64,000 nucleotides of DNA from Mobula hypostoma (GCF_963921235.1 NC_086108.1:86926001-86990000), one strand, 5' to 3'; shown: positions 23,713 to 36,194, numbered from the stretch's first letter. The notes: generated by a model from the letters alone, not told the origin. Translations and numbers: made by a program.

Positions 23713-24769
23713 CTTTCTCAGCATGATGAGCCATGGTCTACTGAATGGCTGATTAGTCAAAGGACTGAATGGACTACTCCTGCATTTACTTTTGATGCTT
23801 TTATGATGCATTGTTTCATCAAACGTTGTCATTAGCAGTCTACATCTTCAATAAAGGATGTCCTGATCATGATTCTATCACTGTCTTTCACCTTTGTAAG
23901 CAACAGGATATTGCATCTCAAAGAATGCAATTCTCTTTAGTGTTTAAAAACCTATGACTAAGGGTGGTAAAACAGGTCGCTCTGCATAACAGTACATGTG
24001 TGGTGCTTCCGTAGCTTTTGTTCATGGGTAAAATTCTAGCTCAAGGGTAAACTATGAACAGAAGGCATTGCCTGAATCAAGCTAATTAAACGATGGTGGT
24101 GTGCTATGAATTCTGTTGTCTGCTAACACATCTAAAAGGTCAAAATACATCAAATGAGGTATTTGTTTCATTTCTGAAGAATGAGTAACACTGCATACAA
24201 TAAGGGTATTGATGAGGAATGCAAGATGATTGAGAAGGTGATGGATCAGGAGAAACGTGGTATCAGACCAACTCATTAAAGAAGGGACTTGCAAAGGCTC
24301 TCCATTCTGTTACTTCTTCTGTAAATAATCTAAAACTTTAAATGTGTAATATTTTAAAATGTACCGTTTTAATTTTTATGCACATTTTGTAATATTACAT
24401 TGAGCTATAACTTGTAGAGGTGTGGATTTCATCAACATTGTTGCTGCAGGACCTTTTCACTCTGTTATATTGCTTTAACATTAACTTTAGTGGTAAAAGG
24501 CTGAATTGAGGTGTTTAATGAAGTGTGCAAAAGGAAAGTGAGATCTGAGCAAGGATCCTGAGAGTCAATTAGTTAAAATGGTTACATTGATAGCAGGCAG
24601 GTCCTTGGCAATCAACATTCTAGCTGCTGGTGCAAAAGGGGCACTTGCTGTGATTTCACTGAGTCATGAAAGGCATTCAGTAACCAAGGTCTCTGTGACA
24701 AAAGTAAACTTCCTTTGCTAGGATGGGAAGCTTGTTGGATTTCTTGTATGCCCATGGTGTTATAGAAGA

Positions 24770-25140
24770 TCTCTCTCTCTCCCTCTTTTCCCCACTATCT
24801 CTCTCTTCCCCACTCTCTGTCTTTCTCTGTTCCCCACTCTCTCTTTCTCTGTTCCCCACACACTCTCTCTCTTCCCTACTATGTCTCTCTCCCCACTCTC
24901 TCTCTCTCTCGCTCTTTCTTCCCCAGTCTCTCTCTCTCTTCCCTATTCTCTCTCTCTTCCCCCTCTCTCTCTTCCCCTCTCTCTCCACCTCTCTCTCTCC
25001 CCTCTCTCTCTTCCCCTCTCTCTCCACCTCTCTCTCTCCCCTCTCTCTCCACCTCTCTCACTCTCCCCCACTCTCTCTCTTTCCCACTTTCTCTCTCTTC
25101 CCCACTCTCTCTCTTTTCCCCACTCTCTCTCTCTCCTCAC
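24770..25140. repeat. CT-rich minisatellite (CTCTCTCTCTTCCCCA-like units)
   Basis: Visible tandem pyrimidine repeat. Confidence 0.95.
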
Positions 25141-25273
25141 TGTAATGTATTGTGGAGTATTCGTAGCGACAGAGTGCGTATGACGTCAGGACGTGGTAAA
25201 GTAAAAATGGAAGTCTGGTGAATAAATGTTGTTGTTCAATCTACAGCGGTGTCTGAGCAACATCATTATTACA

Positions 25274-25285
25274 TGGTGTCAGAAG
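25274..25285 (+). promoter_or_regulatory. Primer-binding site, probably tRNA-Leu
   Basis: TGGTGTCAGAAG directly after the LTR, complementary to a tRNA 3' end ...CUUCUGACACCA. Confidence 0.75.
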
Positions 25286-25321
25286 AAATCATAAAAAAAA
25301 GGAAGAGGAAACATGTAAAAT

Positions 25322-28300
25322 ATGTCACAGTTACAGCCAGCGTCAAGTTTAAGCCGACGAGGTAACCTTGCTGAGAACTGGAAAATATGGATCCAGAAGT
25401 TTGAGCTGTTTTGCACTGCTAACGGCGTAGCTGAAAAGACGGGGAAAGTGTAATGTGCTACGTTTCTGCATGTGGCGGGAGAAGAGGCAATAAAGGTTTG
25501 CAACACGTTTGTCTTCCAAGATGATGAGCAAGAAAACATTGAAGTGTTGAAGAAAAAGTTTCAAGATTACTGCGAACCGAGAAAGAACCTACCGTACATC
25601 CGACACAGGCTTTTCACGAGGGCTCAAGGATCAATAGAGACCATAGACGCCTATGTAACAGATTTGAAGAGCAAGGCAAAAGACTGTGAGTTCGGACAAC
25701 TGCATGACTCTTTAATATGTGACAGGATTGTATGCGGCATACGAGATGATCAAGTGAAAGGCAGGCGATTGAGAGAGGCGGATCTTACATTAGAAAAGGC
25801 AACTGATGTTTGCCGTGCCAGCGAGATCACGTCAAGTCAGGTTAAAGTGCTCAATGAAGAGATTGAAGTGCACAAAATAAAAACTGTGAAATCTGACAAG
25901 AGTAGGACAAAGCCAGCTCCACAGGATGATCAAAAGGAAGTTAACTGCAACAGATGTGGTTATAAACATGGATTCAGAAAATGTCCAGCCTTTGGTCAGA
26001 CATGCAAGTTATGCCAGAAAAGAAATCACTTTGCAAAGATGTGCAAATCGAAGGAGCACGCAAGGAAAATGCATGCTGTGGAACAGAGTGAGGGCAACAG
26101 TGACATGTTCATTGGCACAGTTGAAGTGGAACAGGAGGTATGCATCAAGAATATTGACAATGCAGAGATGGAGAATGAAGATGATTGGACCCAAGATCTG
26201 ATAATAAACAGGAGGAATGTGACATTTAAGCTTGACACTGGGGCAAAGTGCAATGTAATGTCAGCAGAAACATTCAACTCACTGGACATCAGAGGAAGAC
26301 TGGAAAATCCACCTGCAAGCTTGTTGCATATTTCGGCCACAAGACGACACCTCTGGGCAGAAAAGCACTCACCTGTGTGTACAAAGGTCAACAATACAAG
26401 ATTGAGTTTGAAATAGTTCAGCAACATGTTCCAGCAATACTGGGCAAAGCAACATGCACAAAGCTAGGCCTGGTGAAGCGAATCTATGGTGTTGAAAAAG
26501 AAAATGACTTTCTCAAAGACTTTGTTGACTTGTTTTCTGGATTAGGATGTTTACCAGGGAAACACCATATCCAGATTGATCCAACTATTGCACCAGTCAT
26601 GCATGCCCCGAGAAAGATTCCAGTAGCTCTCAGGGATCAAGTAGTGGAGGAGCTACACAGAATGGAACAGATGGGAGTCATAACAAGACAAATAGAACCG
26701 AATGACTGGGTGAATAGTATGGTGACAGTGGTCACAGAAATAAAGATGAGGATTTGCATGGATCCACAAGATCTCAACCAAGCCATCAAAAGAGAGCGCT
26801 ATCTGCTGCTCACGATTGAAGAGGTTGTCTCCTGCATGCCTAATGCGAAATACTTTTCAGTATTAGAAGCAAATCAAGGTTTCTGGCAGATCAAGCTGGA
26901 TGAAGAAGGTTCCAAATTGTGCACTTTCAACACGTCCATAGGGAGATATTGTTTCCTGCATCTACCCTTTGGGATTTCTTCTGCATCAGAGGTATTCCAG
27001 AGATCCGTGGCACAAGTGATTGAAGGCCTGGACGGGGTGATCAATATCATTGATGATTTGCTAATATGGGGTGACACAATTGAGGAACATGTTCAGAGAC
27101 TGAGGAAGCTCCTGGAGAGAGCACATGAGTACAACCTAAAACTGAACAAAAGTAAATGTAAGATCAGAACTACAGAGATCAAATACATAGGTCATGTACT
27201 CAGTGCTGATGGGCTAAAACCAGATGATGAAAAGGTCAGAGCTGTGGTACAGCTACCACCACCCAAAGACAAGCAAGAACTATTGAGGTTCATGGGCACG
27301 ATACAGTATCTTGCCAAATTCATTCCCAACTTATCAGAGGTCAGCGCTCCCCTCCAAAAGCTACTAGAGAGCAACACTGAATGGCATTGGGAAGACGAAC
27401 AAAAGAAAAGTTTTGACACATTGAAGCAGATGGTTACCAATGCACCAGCACTCAAGTTCTATGATGTCAATAAACTGGTGACAGTGTCTGTGGATGCCAG
27501 TTCGGAGGGAATAGGAACTGTTATACTGCAGGATGGGAGGCCTGTGGCGTATGGATCACGAGCACTTACGGACTATCAACGCCAATATGCTCAAATTGAG
27601 AAGGAATTACTCGCCATAGTTCATGGGTGTGAGAAGTTCCACCAATATGTATATGGCAAAGAAATCCAGGTTGAGAGTGATCACAAACCACTTGAGAGCA
27701 TCTTCAAAAAGCCAGTCCACCAAGCTCCTATGAGGCTGCAAAGGATGCTTCTCAGGCTACAGAGGCACACTCTCACAGTCACTTATAAGCCAGGAAAAGA
27801 ACTGTACATGGCTGTTGCTTTGAGCCGTGCTTACCTCAAAGAGCAAAAGGAAGAGTTGCTAGGAAGAGAGCTGGAGGTCAACTGGGTTACACTTCATCTA
27901 CCCAACTCTGAGGAGAAGTTGAACATGTTCAGAAAAGCGACTGCAGATGATCCTGAAATGTAAATGCTAAGAGACGTTACAATGAATGGATGGCCAACAG
28001 AAAGAAAAGATGTTCCAAAGGAAATGTAGAAATACTGGACATTTAAAGAGGAAATCAGCTATGCATCAAGACTAATGATCAAAACGGCAAAACTCATCGT
28101 ACCAAACCAAATGAGACAGGAAATACTCAACAGAATTCATGAGTCACACCTGGGAATAGTGAAATGTAAAGAAAGAGCAAGGGACATTCTCTATTGGCCA
28201 GGCATGTCAACTCAGGTAGAAGGCATTGTCTCTCAGTGTTCTGTCTGTAACGAAACCAAAAACAGCAATCCAAGAGGGCCTCTGCTTCCCCACCCACTAC

Positions 28301-29233
28301 CAGGAAGACCATAGGAGAAGATTGGCACAGATGTCTTTCACTACAATGATGCGGAATATCTGCTTTGTGTGGACTATTATTCAAAATATCCAGGGATCAC
28401 CAAGTTAAGTGGCACGTCCAGTCGAGGTGTCATTACGGCAATGAAGTCGACATTCGCAAGACATGGTATTCCAGATATTGTCGTTAGTGACAATGGTCCA
28501 CAATATGCCAATGGTGAGTTCAGAGGGTTCTCAGCAAGCTGGAAATTTCAAGATGTTACTTCCAGTCCAGGACACACTCAATCTAATGCACAAGCAGAGA
28601 GAACTGTACAAACTGTCAAGAACATGCTCAAGAAGGCACATAGCAGCAACGGTGACCCTTACATTGCTCTGCTTGAATACCATAACACACCGATTGAGGG
28701 TGTGGGGTTCTCTCCTGCATCTGAAGTCCAAACTGCCAACATCCACAACTCTACTGACTCCTGAAGGTAACGCTCAAGTACATGACAAGCAAAAGTACAA
28801 ACAAATAAAGCAAAAGAGCGACTATGACTGACATACAAGACAGTTGCCAGATCTGCATACAGGTGAAAATGTCAGAATACAGAGAGGAGACACTTGGCAA
28901 CCAGCTGTGGTTGTGAACAGACATCGGCAACCAAGATCCTTCATAGTTCGCACGCAGGATGGAAGAGCCTACAGGAGGAACAAAAAGCATCTGCTGAAGA
29001 CAGGCGAGAGGGAGTTTCCACGTACAGATGCACAGGACATTTCCACAGATACAGACATGGAAACAAACGACACCAAGAGTAATGCAGACCGCAAAGACAC
29101 AGAGGCCACTCGAGAGACTGACACGGATGAAGGACAAGCACAGTCACAGTTGTATCACACACGGTCTGGGAGACAAGGCAAACTTCCAGCCAGATACAGA
29201 GACCAGACATACACACAGTCTCACACAGTTTGA
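25322..29233 (+). pseudogene. Gypsy gag-pol with stops and frameshifts
   Basis: Zinc knuckle CKLCQKRNHFAKMC; protease FKLDTGA; RT LPFG...IIDD; RNase H VDAS...IEKE...SDHKPL; integrase HESH...CSVC, DYYSK, SDNGPQY, AERTVQ; stop at 25451, frameshift near 26300, stop at 27961. Confidence 0.92.
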
Positions 29234-29329
29234 GGCAAAGTCACACATGCTATAAATTCCAAGGTGTGAAATAAAAGGTTTATTAGTCTATGTTAGTAAA
29301 AGAAAATACACTGCTGTTAGTATTGTAAG

Positions 29330-29550
29330 TGTAACCGGGTGACCCTCGGATCTTATTCAGGATTGTTAAAAATGTACTTAAGCATCCATCTGGGTAATGC
29401 TAGAATAGTTGTCTGTGCCTTTAAGGGAGATGTTGATGTCATTATGCACGCGCAGGATAGTGGGGAGACCATTTTGCTTTCTGCTGAAGACGCTTTGGGG
29501 CGTTGGAATTGAGTTCTTCCCGAGGCTAGGCATGGTGAGGAAAGGTGTCG
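29330..29550 (+). mobile_element. Probable terminal fragment of a different LTR
   Basis: Starts TGTAAC at an abrupt junction; unrelated to the flanking Gypsy LTRs. Confidence 0.4.
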
Positions 29551-30441
29551 CCTGTTTATTATCAGATCTTGAGTCCAATCATCTTCATCCTCCATCTCTG
29601 CATTGTCAATATTCTTGATGCATACCTCCTGTTCCACTTCAACTGTGCCAATGAATATGTCACTGTTGCCCTCACTCTGTTCCACAGCATGCATTTTCCT
29701 TGCGTGCTCCTTCGATTTGCACATCTTTGCAAAGTGATTTCTTTTCTGGCATAACTTGCATGTCTGACCAAAGGCTGGACATTTTCTGAATCCATGTTTA
29801 TAACCACATCTGTTGCAGTTAACTTCCTTTTGATCATCCTGTGGAGCTGGCTTTGTCCTACTCTTGTCAGATTTCACAGTTTTTATTTTGTGCACTTCAA
29901 TCTCTTCATTGAGCACTTTAACCTGACTTGACGTGATCTCGCTGGCACGGCAAACATCAATTGCCTTTTCTAATGTAAGATCCGCCTCTCTCAATCGCCT
30001 GCCTCTCACTTGATCATCTCGTATGCCGCATACAATCCTGTCACGTATTAAAGTGTCATGTAGTTGTCCGAACTCACAGTCTTTTGCCTTGCTCTTCAAA
30101 TCTGTTACATAGGCGTCTATGGTCTCTATTGATCCTTGAGCCCTCGTGAAAAACCTGTGTCGGATGTACGGTAGGTTCTTTCTCGGTTCGCAGTAACCTT
30201 GAAACTTTTTCTTCAACACTTCAATTTTATCTTGCTCATCATCTTGGAAGACAAACGTGTTGCAAACCCTTATTGCCTCTTCTCCCGCCACATGCAGAAA
30301 CGTAGCACAGTACACTTTCCCCGTCTTTTCAGCTACGCCGTTAGCAGTGCAAAACAGCTCAAACTTCTGGATCCATATTTTCCAGTTCTTATCAAGGTTA
30401 CCTTGTAGGCTTAAACTTGACGGGGGCTGTAACTGTGACAT
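29353..30441 (-). CDS. gag: Open Gypsy Gag ORF (about 297 aa Gag fused to about 65 aa read from the spacer)
   Basis: Starts MSQLQPPSSLSLQGNL; intact CCHC knuckle; no stop until 29353; expression unknown. Confidence 0.5.
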   Translation of the reverse strand: MSQLQPPSSLSLQGNLDKNWKIWIQKFELFCTANGVAEKTGKVYCATFLHVAGEEAIRVCNTFVFQDDEQDKIEVLKKKFQGYCEPRKNLPYIRHRFFTRAQGSIETIDAYVTDLKSKAKDCEFGQLHDTLIRDRIVCGIRDDQVRGRRLREADLTLEKAIDVCRASEITSSQVKVLNEEIEVHKIKTVKSDKSRTKPAPQDDQKEVNCNRCGYKHGFRKCPAFGQTCKLCQKRNHFAKMCKSKEHARKMHAVEQSEGNSDIFIGTVEVEQEVCIKNIDNAEMEDEDDWTQDLIINRRHLSSPCLASGRTQFQRPKASSAESKMVSPLSCACIMTSTSPLKAQTTILALPRWMLKYIFNNPE

Positions 30442-30627
30442 CTTTTATGTATCTTCACTTCCTTTTTTTCCCCCGCGATTTCTTCTGACATCATGTAATA
30501 TTGGCGTGACTCAGACACCGCTGTAGATTGAACAACCATGTTTATTCAACAGGCTTCCATTTTTACTTCTCTACATCCTGACGTCATACGCACTCTGACA
30601 CTACGAATACTCACACAATACATTACA
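29551..30627 (-). mobile_element. Gypsy copy B (LTR 30494-30627, mutated PBS, gag), inverted relative to copy A
   Basis: Reverse complement of 25141-26212; PBS reads TGATGTCAGAAG. Confidence 0.95.
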
Positions 30628-30965
30628 TTCCCCACATTCTCTCCCTCTTCCCCACTCTCTCTCTCTCTCTTCCCCACTCTCTCTCCCTCTTCCCCGCTCT
30701 CTCCCCCACTCTCTCTCTCTCTTCCCCACTCTCTCTCTCTTCCCCACTCTCTCTCCCTCTTCCCCGCTCTCTCTCTTCCCCACTCTCTCTCTCTTCCCCA
30801 CTCTCTCCCTCTTCCCCACTCTCTCCCTCTTCCCTACTGTCCCTCTTTTCCCTACTCTCTCTCTCTTCCCTACTCTCTCTCTCTTCCCCACTCTCTCTCT
30901 TTTTCCCCACTCTCTCTTTCCCTCTCTCCCCCCCTTTCTCTTCCTCACTCTTCCTCCTCCCTCCT
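30628..30965. repeat. CT-rich minisatellite, same type and orientation as 24770-25140
   Basis: Visible tandem repeat. Confidence 0.95.
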
Positions 30966-32349
30966 TTCTCTTATCTTCTCTTCTGTCTTTTCAGTCTTTT
31001 CACTCTCTTACAAATTTATTTTTTGTCTGGAATAAGGAAAATAATAAATAGACTCTTTGATATTTAGTCTTAAAAAACACAATTTGTAGGACAAAAGTAA
31101 TTAATCTCAGCCACGTCTTCCCCTTGAACACCTAAACAGTCTCCCTAATTCCATCTTCATATTACGACCTGAACCTCTCCCGCCTCAGTTGTGAAACCTC
31201 TCATACACAATCACTCCAGCATTCCCAGGCCAACCTTTGTTATACCACCCTTCCTAACTTCATTATATCCACTCTGTTACCAATGTTCTAGCCAGCACTT
31301 CCTTGTTCATGACCTAGTTCCTTGCTGACCAATTTTAAATTCTCACCCCTGTAATCAAATCACTTCCAGTCCTATAATTCTCCAAGAACTCTTTCTTTCC
31401 GTGGTGATCTGCTGTTTTCACCCTCCATTCACATCATCCTCTCTCTAACCTTAATGCTTCATCCTGAGACTCTGAAGGTATTTTTGCTCGGTCACTAGTG
31501 GTGTTTTTTCAATAACAAAGCGGCCGTGTAAGCTTTTGTCATCAGATTTCACTGTGAGGGTGGCTTCAGCTCTGTGTATTTTATATTGAAGCATCTGTTG
31601 TCTCTCTTGAGCACTTCTCATTTCACCTTTTCGAAAGGCAGGTGGTGTGTGACTGTGAATTTATACAACATTGTAAATGCAAAATGAGGTCTGTATTATG
31701 ATTTCTAGGCCACACCATCTTTTGAGTATACAGTATGTTTCTCTCCCAGTAAAATCTTATTCATGTTTTCATTAGTTTGCTTTTTACGCTACATCATTGT
31801 TTTCCTCTCTGAAAATTACTCCTTCTTTAATACACAATATTTTCTCCTGTCCTACATTTTATTTGTGCAACTCTTTTTGCAGTCTCAAAACTGCCTTTAT
31901 TCACCACTGTCTTAAAACACATTCTAAATCTGTCAAGATTATACTTCAATAGCTCCCATTTCTTTCTTTCTCGTCAATAATGCAGGTACATGGGGTTCAC
32001 TACGCATTTTACCAGACAATTATATCCTCTAAGTGATCTGTAATGCAACACAATAAAACAACGTTCTCATTCCTCTGTTATTCTTCGTTGTACCTGGTTT
32101 AGTTTGGATATTTTTCTGTGCTAATAATTCTGTATTGTAGACCAAGCATAAGTATTTCCTTCATATAAGTTATGGGTTTGAACATTCAGAGGTTCTGTAA
32201 TCGCTGTATAATTACCAACTATTCTTTTTCATTGCATTAATTGCACCTTCATTACTTTCACATACAGAATATGAATTATGAAACTCACTGTTTTGTTGTA
32301 CTATTTACTCCAGTTAAATGCATATTAGAGGCTATGTGAGTATATTTTA

Positions 32350-33532
32350 AGACTATAAGACATCGGAGCAGAATTAGGTGATTTGGCCCATGAAGTTTAT
32401 TCTGCCTTTACATCAAGGCTGATTTATTATCCCTCTTAACCCCATTCTCCTGCCTTCTCCCCTAACCTTTGTCTGCCTTACTAATCAAGAACCCATCAAC
32501 CTCCACTTCAAATATACCCAATTACCTCGAGAGGGTACAGAAGATGTTTAACAGGATGCTGCCTGATTTTGAGGGTGTGGTAAACCATGTATATATGTTG
32601 TAACTCGGTTGCCTGTCTGGACACACCCCTCTGCTGACTGCCCCTGTGGCTCCTCCCACAGCGTCCTGTATAAAGGTGTTCGCCTTGCTCGTCCCCCTCA
32701 GTCCGCGGGCAGACACTCACTGTGGAGGTCGGATTGTACAGCGAATAAAAGCCTTTCAGTATTTTACCAAACCTCAGTCTTTTGGAGTAATTGAAGGTGC
32801 TTCAGAGGGCAAGTGCTGGATAAACTTCGGTTGATTTCTTTGGCTCACCAGAGGCTGAGGGGGAATCTGGTAGAGGATTACAAGATTATAAGAGGCATAA
32901 ATCAAGTTGACAGTGAGCATCTGTTTCCCAGGATTGAAAGTCTAATACCAGAGAGCCTGCATTGAAGGTGGGGGGGGTTAGGTTCAAAGGGGATGTGAGA
33001 GTCGTTGTTGCCTGGACCTGGTATAAGAACATAAGAAATAGAAACATAGAAAATAGGTGCAGGAGTAGGCCATTCGGCCCTTCGAGCCTGCCTCGCCATT
33101 CAATAAGATCATGGTTGATCTGGCCATTGACTCATCTCCACCTTTTCCCCATAACCCTTAATTCCCCTACTATGCAAAAATCTATCCAGCCTTTCTTAGA
33201 TGTATTTACTGAGGTAGCCTCCACTGCTTCATCGGGCAAAGAAATCCACAGATTCACCACTCGCTGGGAAAAACAGTTCCTCCTCATAGCCAGTCCTAAA
33301 TCTACTCCCCCGAATCTTGAGGCTATGTGCGTATATATGGTGGCAGAGGCAATTACATTAGAGGCTTTCAAGAGTCATTTGGATAGGCATGTGGATGTAA
33401 GGAAGATGGAGGGATATGGACATGGTGTAGGTAGGAGGGATTAGTGTTTGGGTGTTTTTGATTTGCTTTTTAGCTGGTTTGGCACAACATTGTGGGCCGA
33501 ATGGCCTGCTTCTGGGCTGTACAGTTCTATGC
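32350..33532. mobile_element. Nested CR1 3' fragments: 32350-32520 (-); 32525-33532 (+) interrupted by a solo LTR and by CR1 33025-33325 (-)
   Basis: LERVQ...RMLP; EAITLEAFKSHLDRHVD; RRNCFSQRVVNLWISLP on the minus strand. Confidence 0.75.
32576..32804 (+). mobile_element. Solo LTR (229 bp)
   Basis: TG...CA ends; perfect 5-bp TSD GAGGG; TATAAA and AATAAA inside. Confidence 0.85.
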
Positions 33533-34019
33533 ACTTGATCTCCACAGCTGATCATAGCAAAGAATTCCACAGATTCACTGGCTCTTTCTAAATTTTCTAG
33601 CCTTAATTCATTCTCACATTGATCAGTCATTGTCTGGTTTAAGCTTGACAATTCTATTGTCTTCTTCAGCTGTAATTTTTATGTAATCACACATGGAACA
33701 ATTAACACAAAAACACTGATTATCCATAATAAAAACAAAGTATCTTCTTTCACATTTGGGATACATCCCGTAAACCAACACGGAACTGACATTTTGCTGC
33801 TAGCACTGAATATCAATTGTATGTAACATTAAAATGGCGATATGAGTTAAAGCTGTTTCTGCATGACAAAGGCTATTGTAAGTCCTTGCAGTTTCATCTG
33901 CCTATGTAGCTTCTGCCTTCAGCTTAATGACACTAGTTAGTTCATTAATTTCCCTGTTTTTACATTTGCAGGTTTAGTAAGTGACAGAAACAGTTTTAGA
34001 TGCAGAAAGATGGAGCAAG

Positions 34020-34345
34020 TGGCAGGGTAGCATAGTGGTTAACGCAATCACTTTACAGTGTCAACGATCACCGATCTGGGTTCAATTCCCGCTGCTGGCC
34101 GTAAGGAGTTTGAACTTTCTCTCTGTGACTACTGGGGTTTCCTCCTGGTGATCCAATTTCCTCCCACATTCCAAATACCATACGGATAGGGTTAGGGTGT
34201 TGTGGGCATGCTACACTGGAATAGGAAGCATGGCAGTACCTGCAGGCTGGGCGCAGCACCATCTTCAGACACAATCTGTGTTGGTGCCAAATGATGCATT
34301 TCACTATATGTTTTGATATGGCTGTGACAAATAAAAATATTCTTA
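34020..34345 (+). mobile_element. tRNA-derived V-SINE
   Basis: A box TAGCATAGTGG, B box GGTTCAATTCC, V-domain GGGTTTCCTCC...TTTCCTCCCACA. Confidence 0.75.
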
Positions 34346-35713
34346 TAAAGCTAATTTCAAGTGAGTGAAGGGAGCTTAAAGTGGGAGAATTTGGCAAATC
34401 AAGACATAGTTCCAAACTTTCCATTCCAATCAACAAATAGCGAAAAGAACCAGTCACGATTTTATTCTAGGTCCTGAACCTGTTCTCATTGTGGCAGAGA
34501 AATCTAATCATTCCAGTGTGAGAACATATCTTACTTATTTCATGTAATTGGATGAGAACCAAGGTTACATTGAGGGTTTTGTTCAAGCTGGGTAAATGTA
34601 GCAATCTCTTGAGCACAGCTTTGTAATAGTTGCCTTTGTAAATGAACAAAACAAATCCTTGAGCCTCCCTCACAACCCTAAGGGCATCCCAGTCAATGAA
34701 GTATTCTTTGAGTGTAGACATCTGTATTGTACCATGTCACATAATTTGCACGTGGCAAGTTGCTGCAAACAGACCAAACAATCTGGCTTTACTGATATTA
34801 ATTCCAGGATAAATGCCAGCCTGGACATCAATAGCTGATCTTCTCTGAAACAGTGCCGTGATGTGCTCCACACTCACCTGATGAGCAGGGTGTGCCTCGG
34901 TTTAACTTTCATCCAAAAGACATCTCCAACCATGAAGAATTTTGCCAGTGTTGTTACTGTGAACAAAGTCACTGGAAAGACACTGAAGCTAGAGGATAAT
35001 TTTATTCAGCAAAAATTAGTTTTTGTTTTACTTCGCAAAACAGAGCAATAGGCATCATATTGAGACGCTCTTGGAAGAAGAGGCCTGCTCGACACAATGT
35101 TTTTATATGCAAAAAATCAAAGGTAGCGGCAGGATAATTCTATAGTTACAATGTATAAACAATGCTTCTGTCAAATTGCATATTGTTTCCTAACTCTTCC
35201 TTCTTCATACTCATACTTCAGACACCAAAAATGAATATTAATCCCCACTGACTCTGGGCCACACTCATACATATGCAGGCTTCTGCGGTCAACTGGAAGG
35301 CCATTGTTCAGAGCTGCATTTTAAATTCAACCTACAATCCACGTTCAGGTCTGAAGACTGGCTGCTGTTAAAGATAGCATTTGCTATAACCTATAACTCC
35401 AGAATACACACTAACAGTTAGCACATGTGAACTGATGCCTTTGTAGTTGCCTTTTAAGTCGCCTTTTAAGTCAGACTTGAACCATCACTATCCAATTCTG
35501 AAATTAAAATAGCTCTGACTTAAAATTGACCATATTGTACCAGAACAGAGAGTAAGAGATATGAATCCATTTTTGCAGTTGCATCAGAATCATAATTACC
35601 AACTGTTAAATCATTTATAATGAAGCTATATAAATGCTCACTCAGTACAGCTTGGGCACACTATTGGGAATGATGCAACAAATCATATTTACAAACAAAT
35701 GTTCTGTGGTTTA

Positions 35714-36194
35714 CACTCAGTGACCTCTTTTTAGTTCATGCAAATATCTGATCAGCCAATCATGTGGCAGCAACTCAATACATAAAAGCACTCAGACATG
35801 GTCATGAGGTTCAGTTGTTGTTCAGACCAAACTTCAGGATAGAGAAGAAATGTGACATTGACCTTGGAGTGATAGTTGGTGCCAGACAGGGTGGTTTGAA
35901 TATCACAGAAAATACTTATCTCCTGGATTTTCATACACAACAGTCTTTAAAGTTTATAGAGTATGGTACAAAAACAAAAGACACATCCAATGAATGGCAG
36001 TTCTGTGGGCAAAAACAACTTGTTTAATGAGAGAGGTCAGAGAAGAATGGCCAGACTGATTCAAACTGACAGGATGGTGACAGTAACTCAACTGACCACT
36101 CGTTACAACAGTGCTGCGCAGAAGAGCACCTCTGAAAGCACAGTATGTCAAACCTTGAAGAGGATGGGCTACCTAATAAAGTGGCCACTAAGTT
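35714..36194 (+). mobile_element. Tc1-like non-autonomous transposon
   Basis: TA-CACTCAGTG...TAATAAAGTGGCCACT ends; transposase remnant RGQRRMARLIQTDRMVTVTQLTTRYN. Confidence 0.8.

Larger units (their letters stand above)
25141..29329 (+). mobile_element. Gypsy/Ty3 LTR retrotransposon, copy A (5' LTR, PBS, gag-pol; no 3' LTR)
   Basis: 133-bp LTR TGTAAT...ATTACA (25141-25273) followed by PBS; domain order gag-PR-RT-RH-IN. Confidence 0.95.

Noticed and set aside
24677..25183. ORFs rich in ER/LSLSP repeats (also 30538-31035)
   Set aside because: Translations of the CT/GA minisatellite, not genes.
25141..30627. DIRS-type element (inverted terminal repeats)
   Set aside because: It has an aspartic protease, a DDE integrase and a tRNA PBS, no tyrosine recombinase, and the inverted arms include gag.
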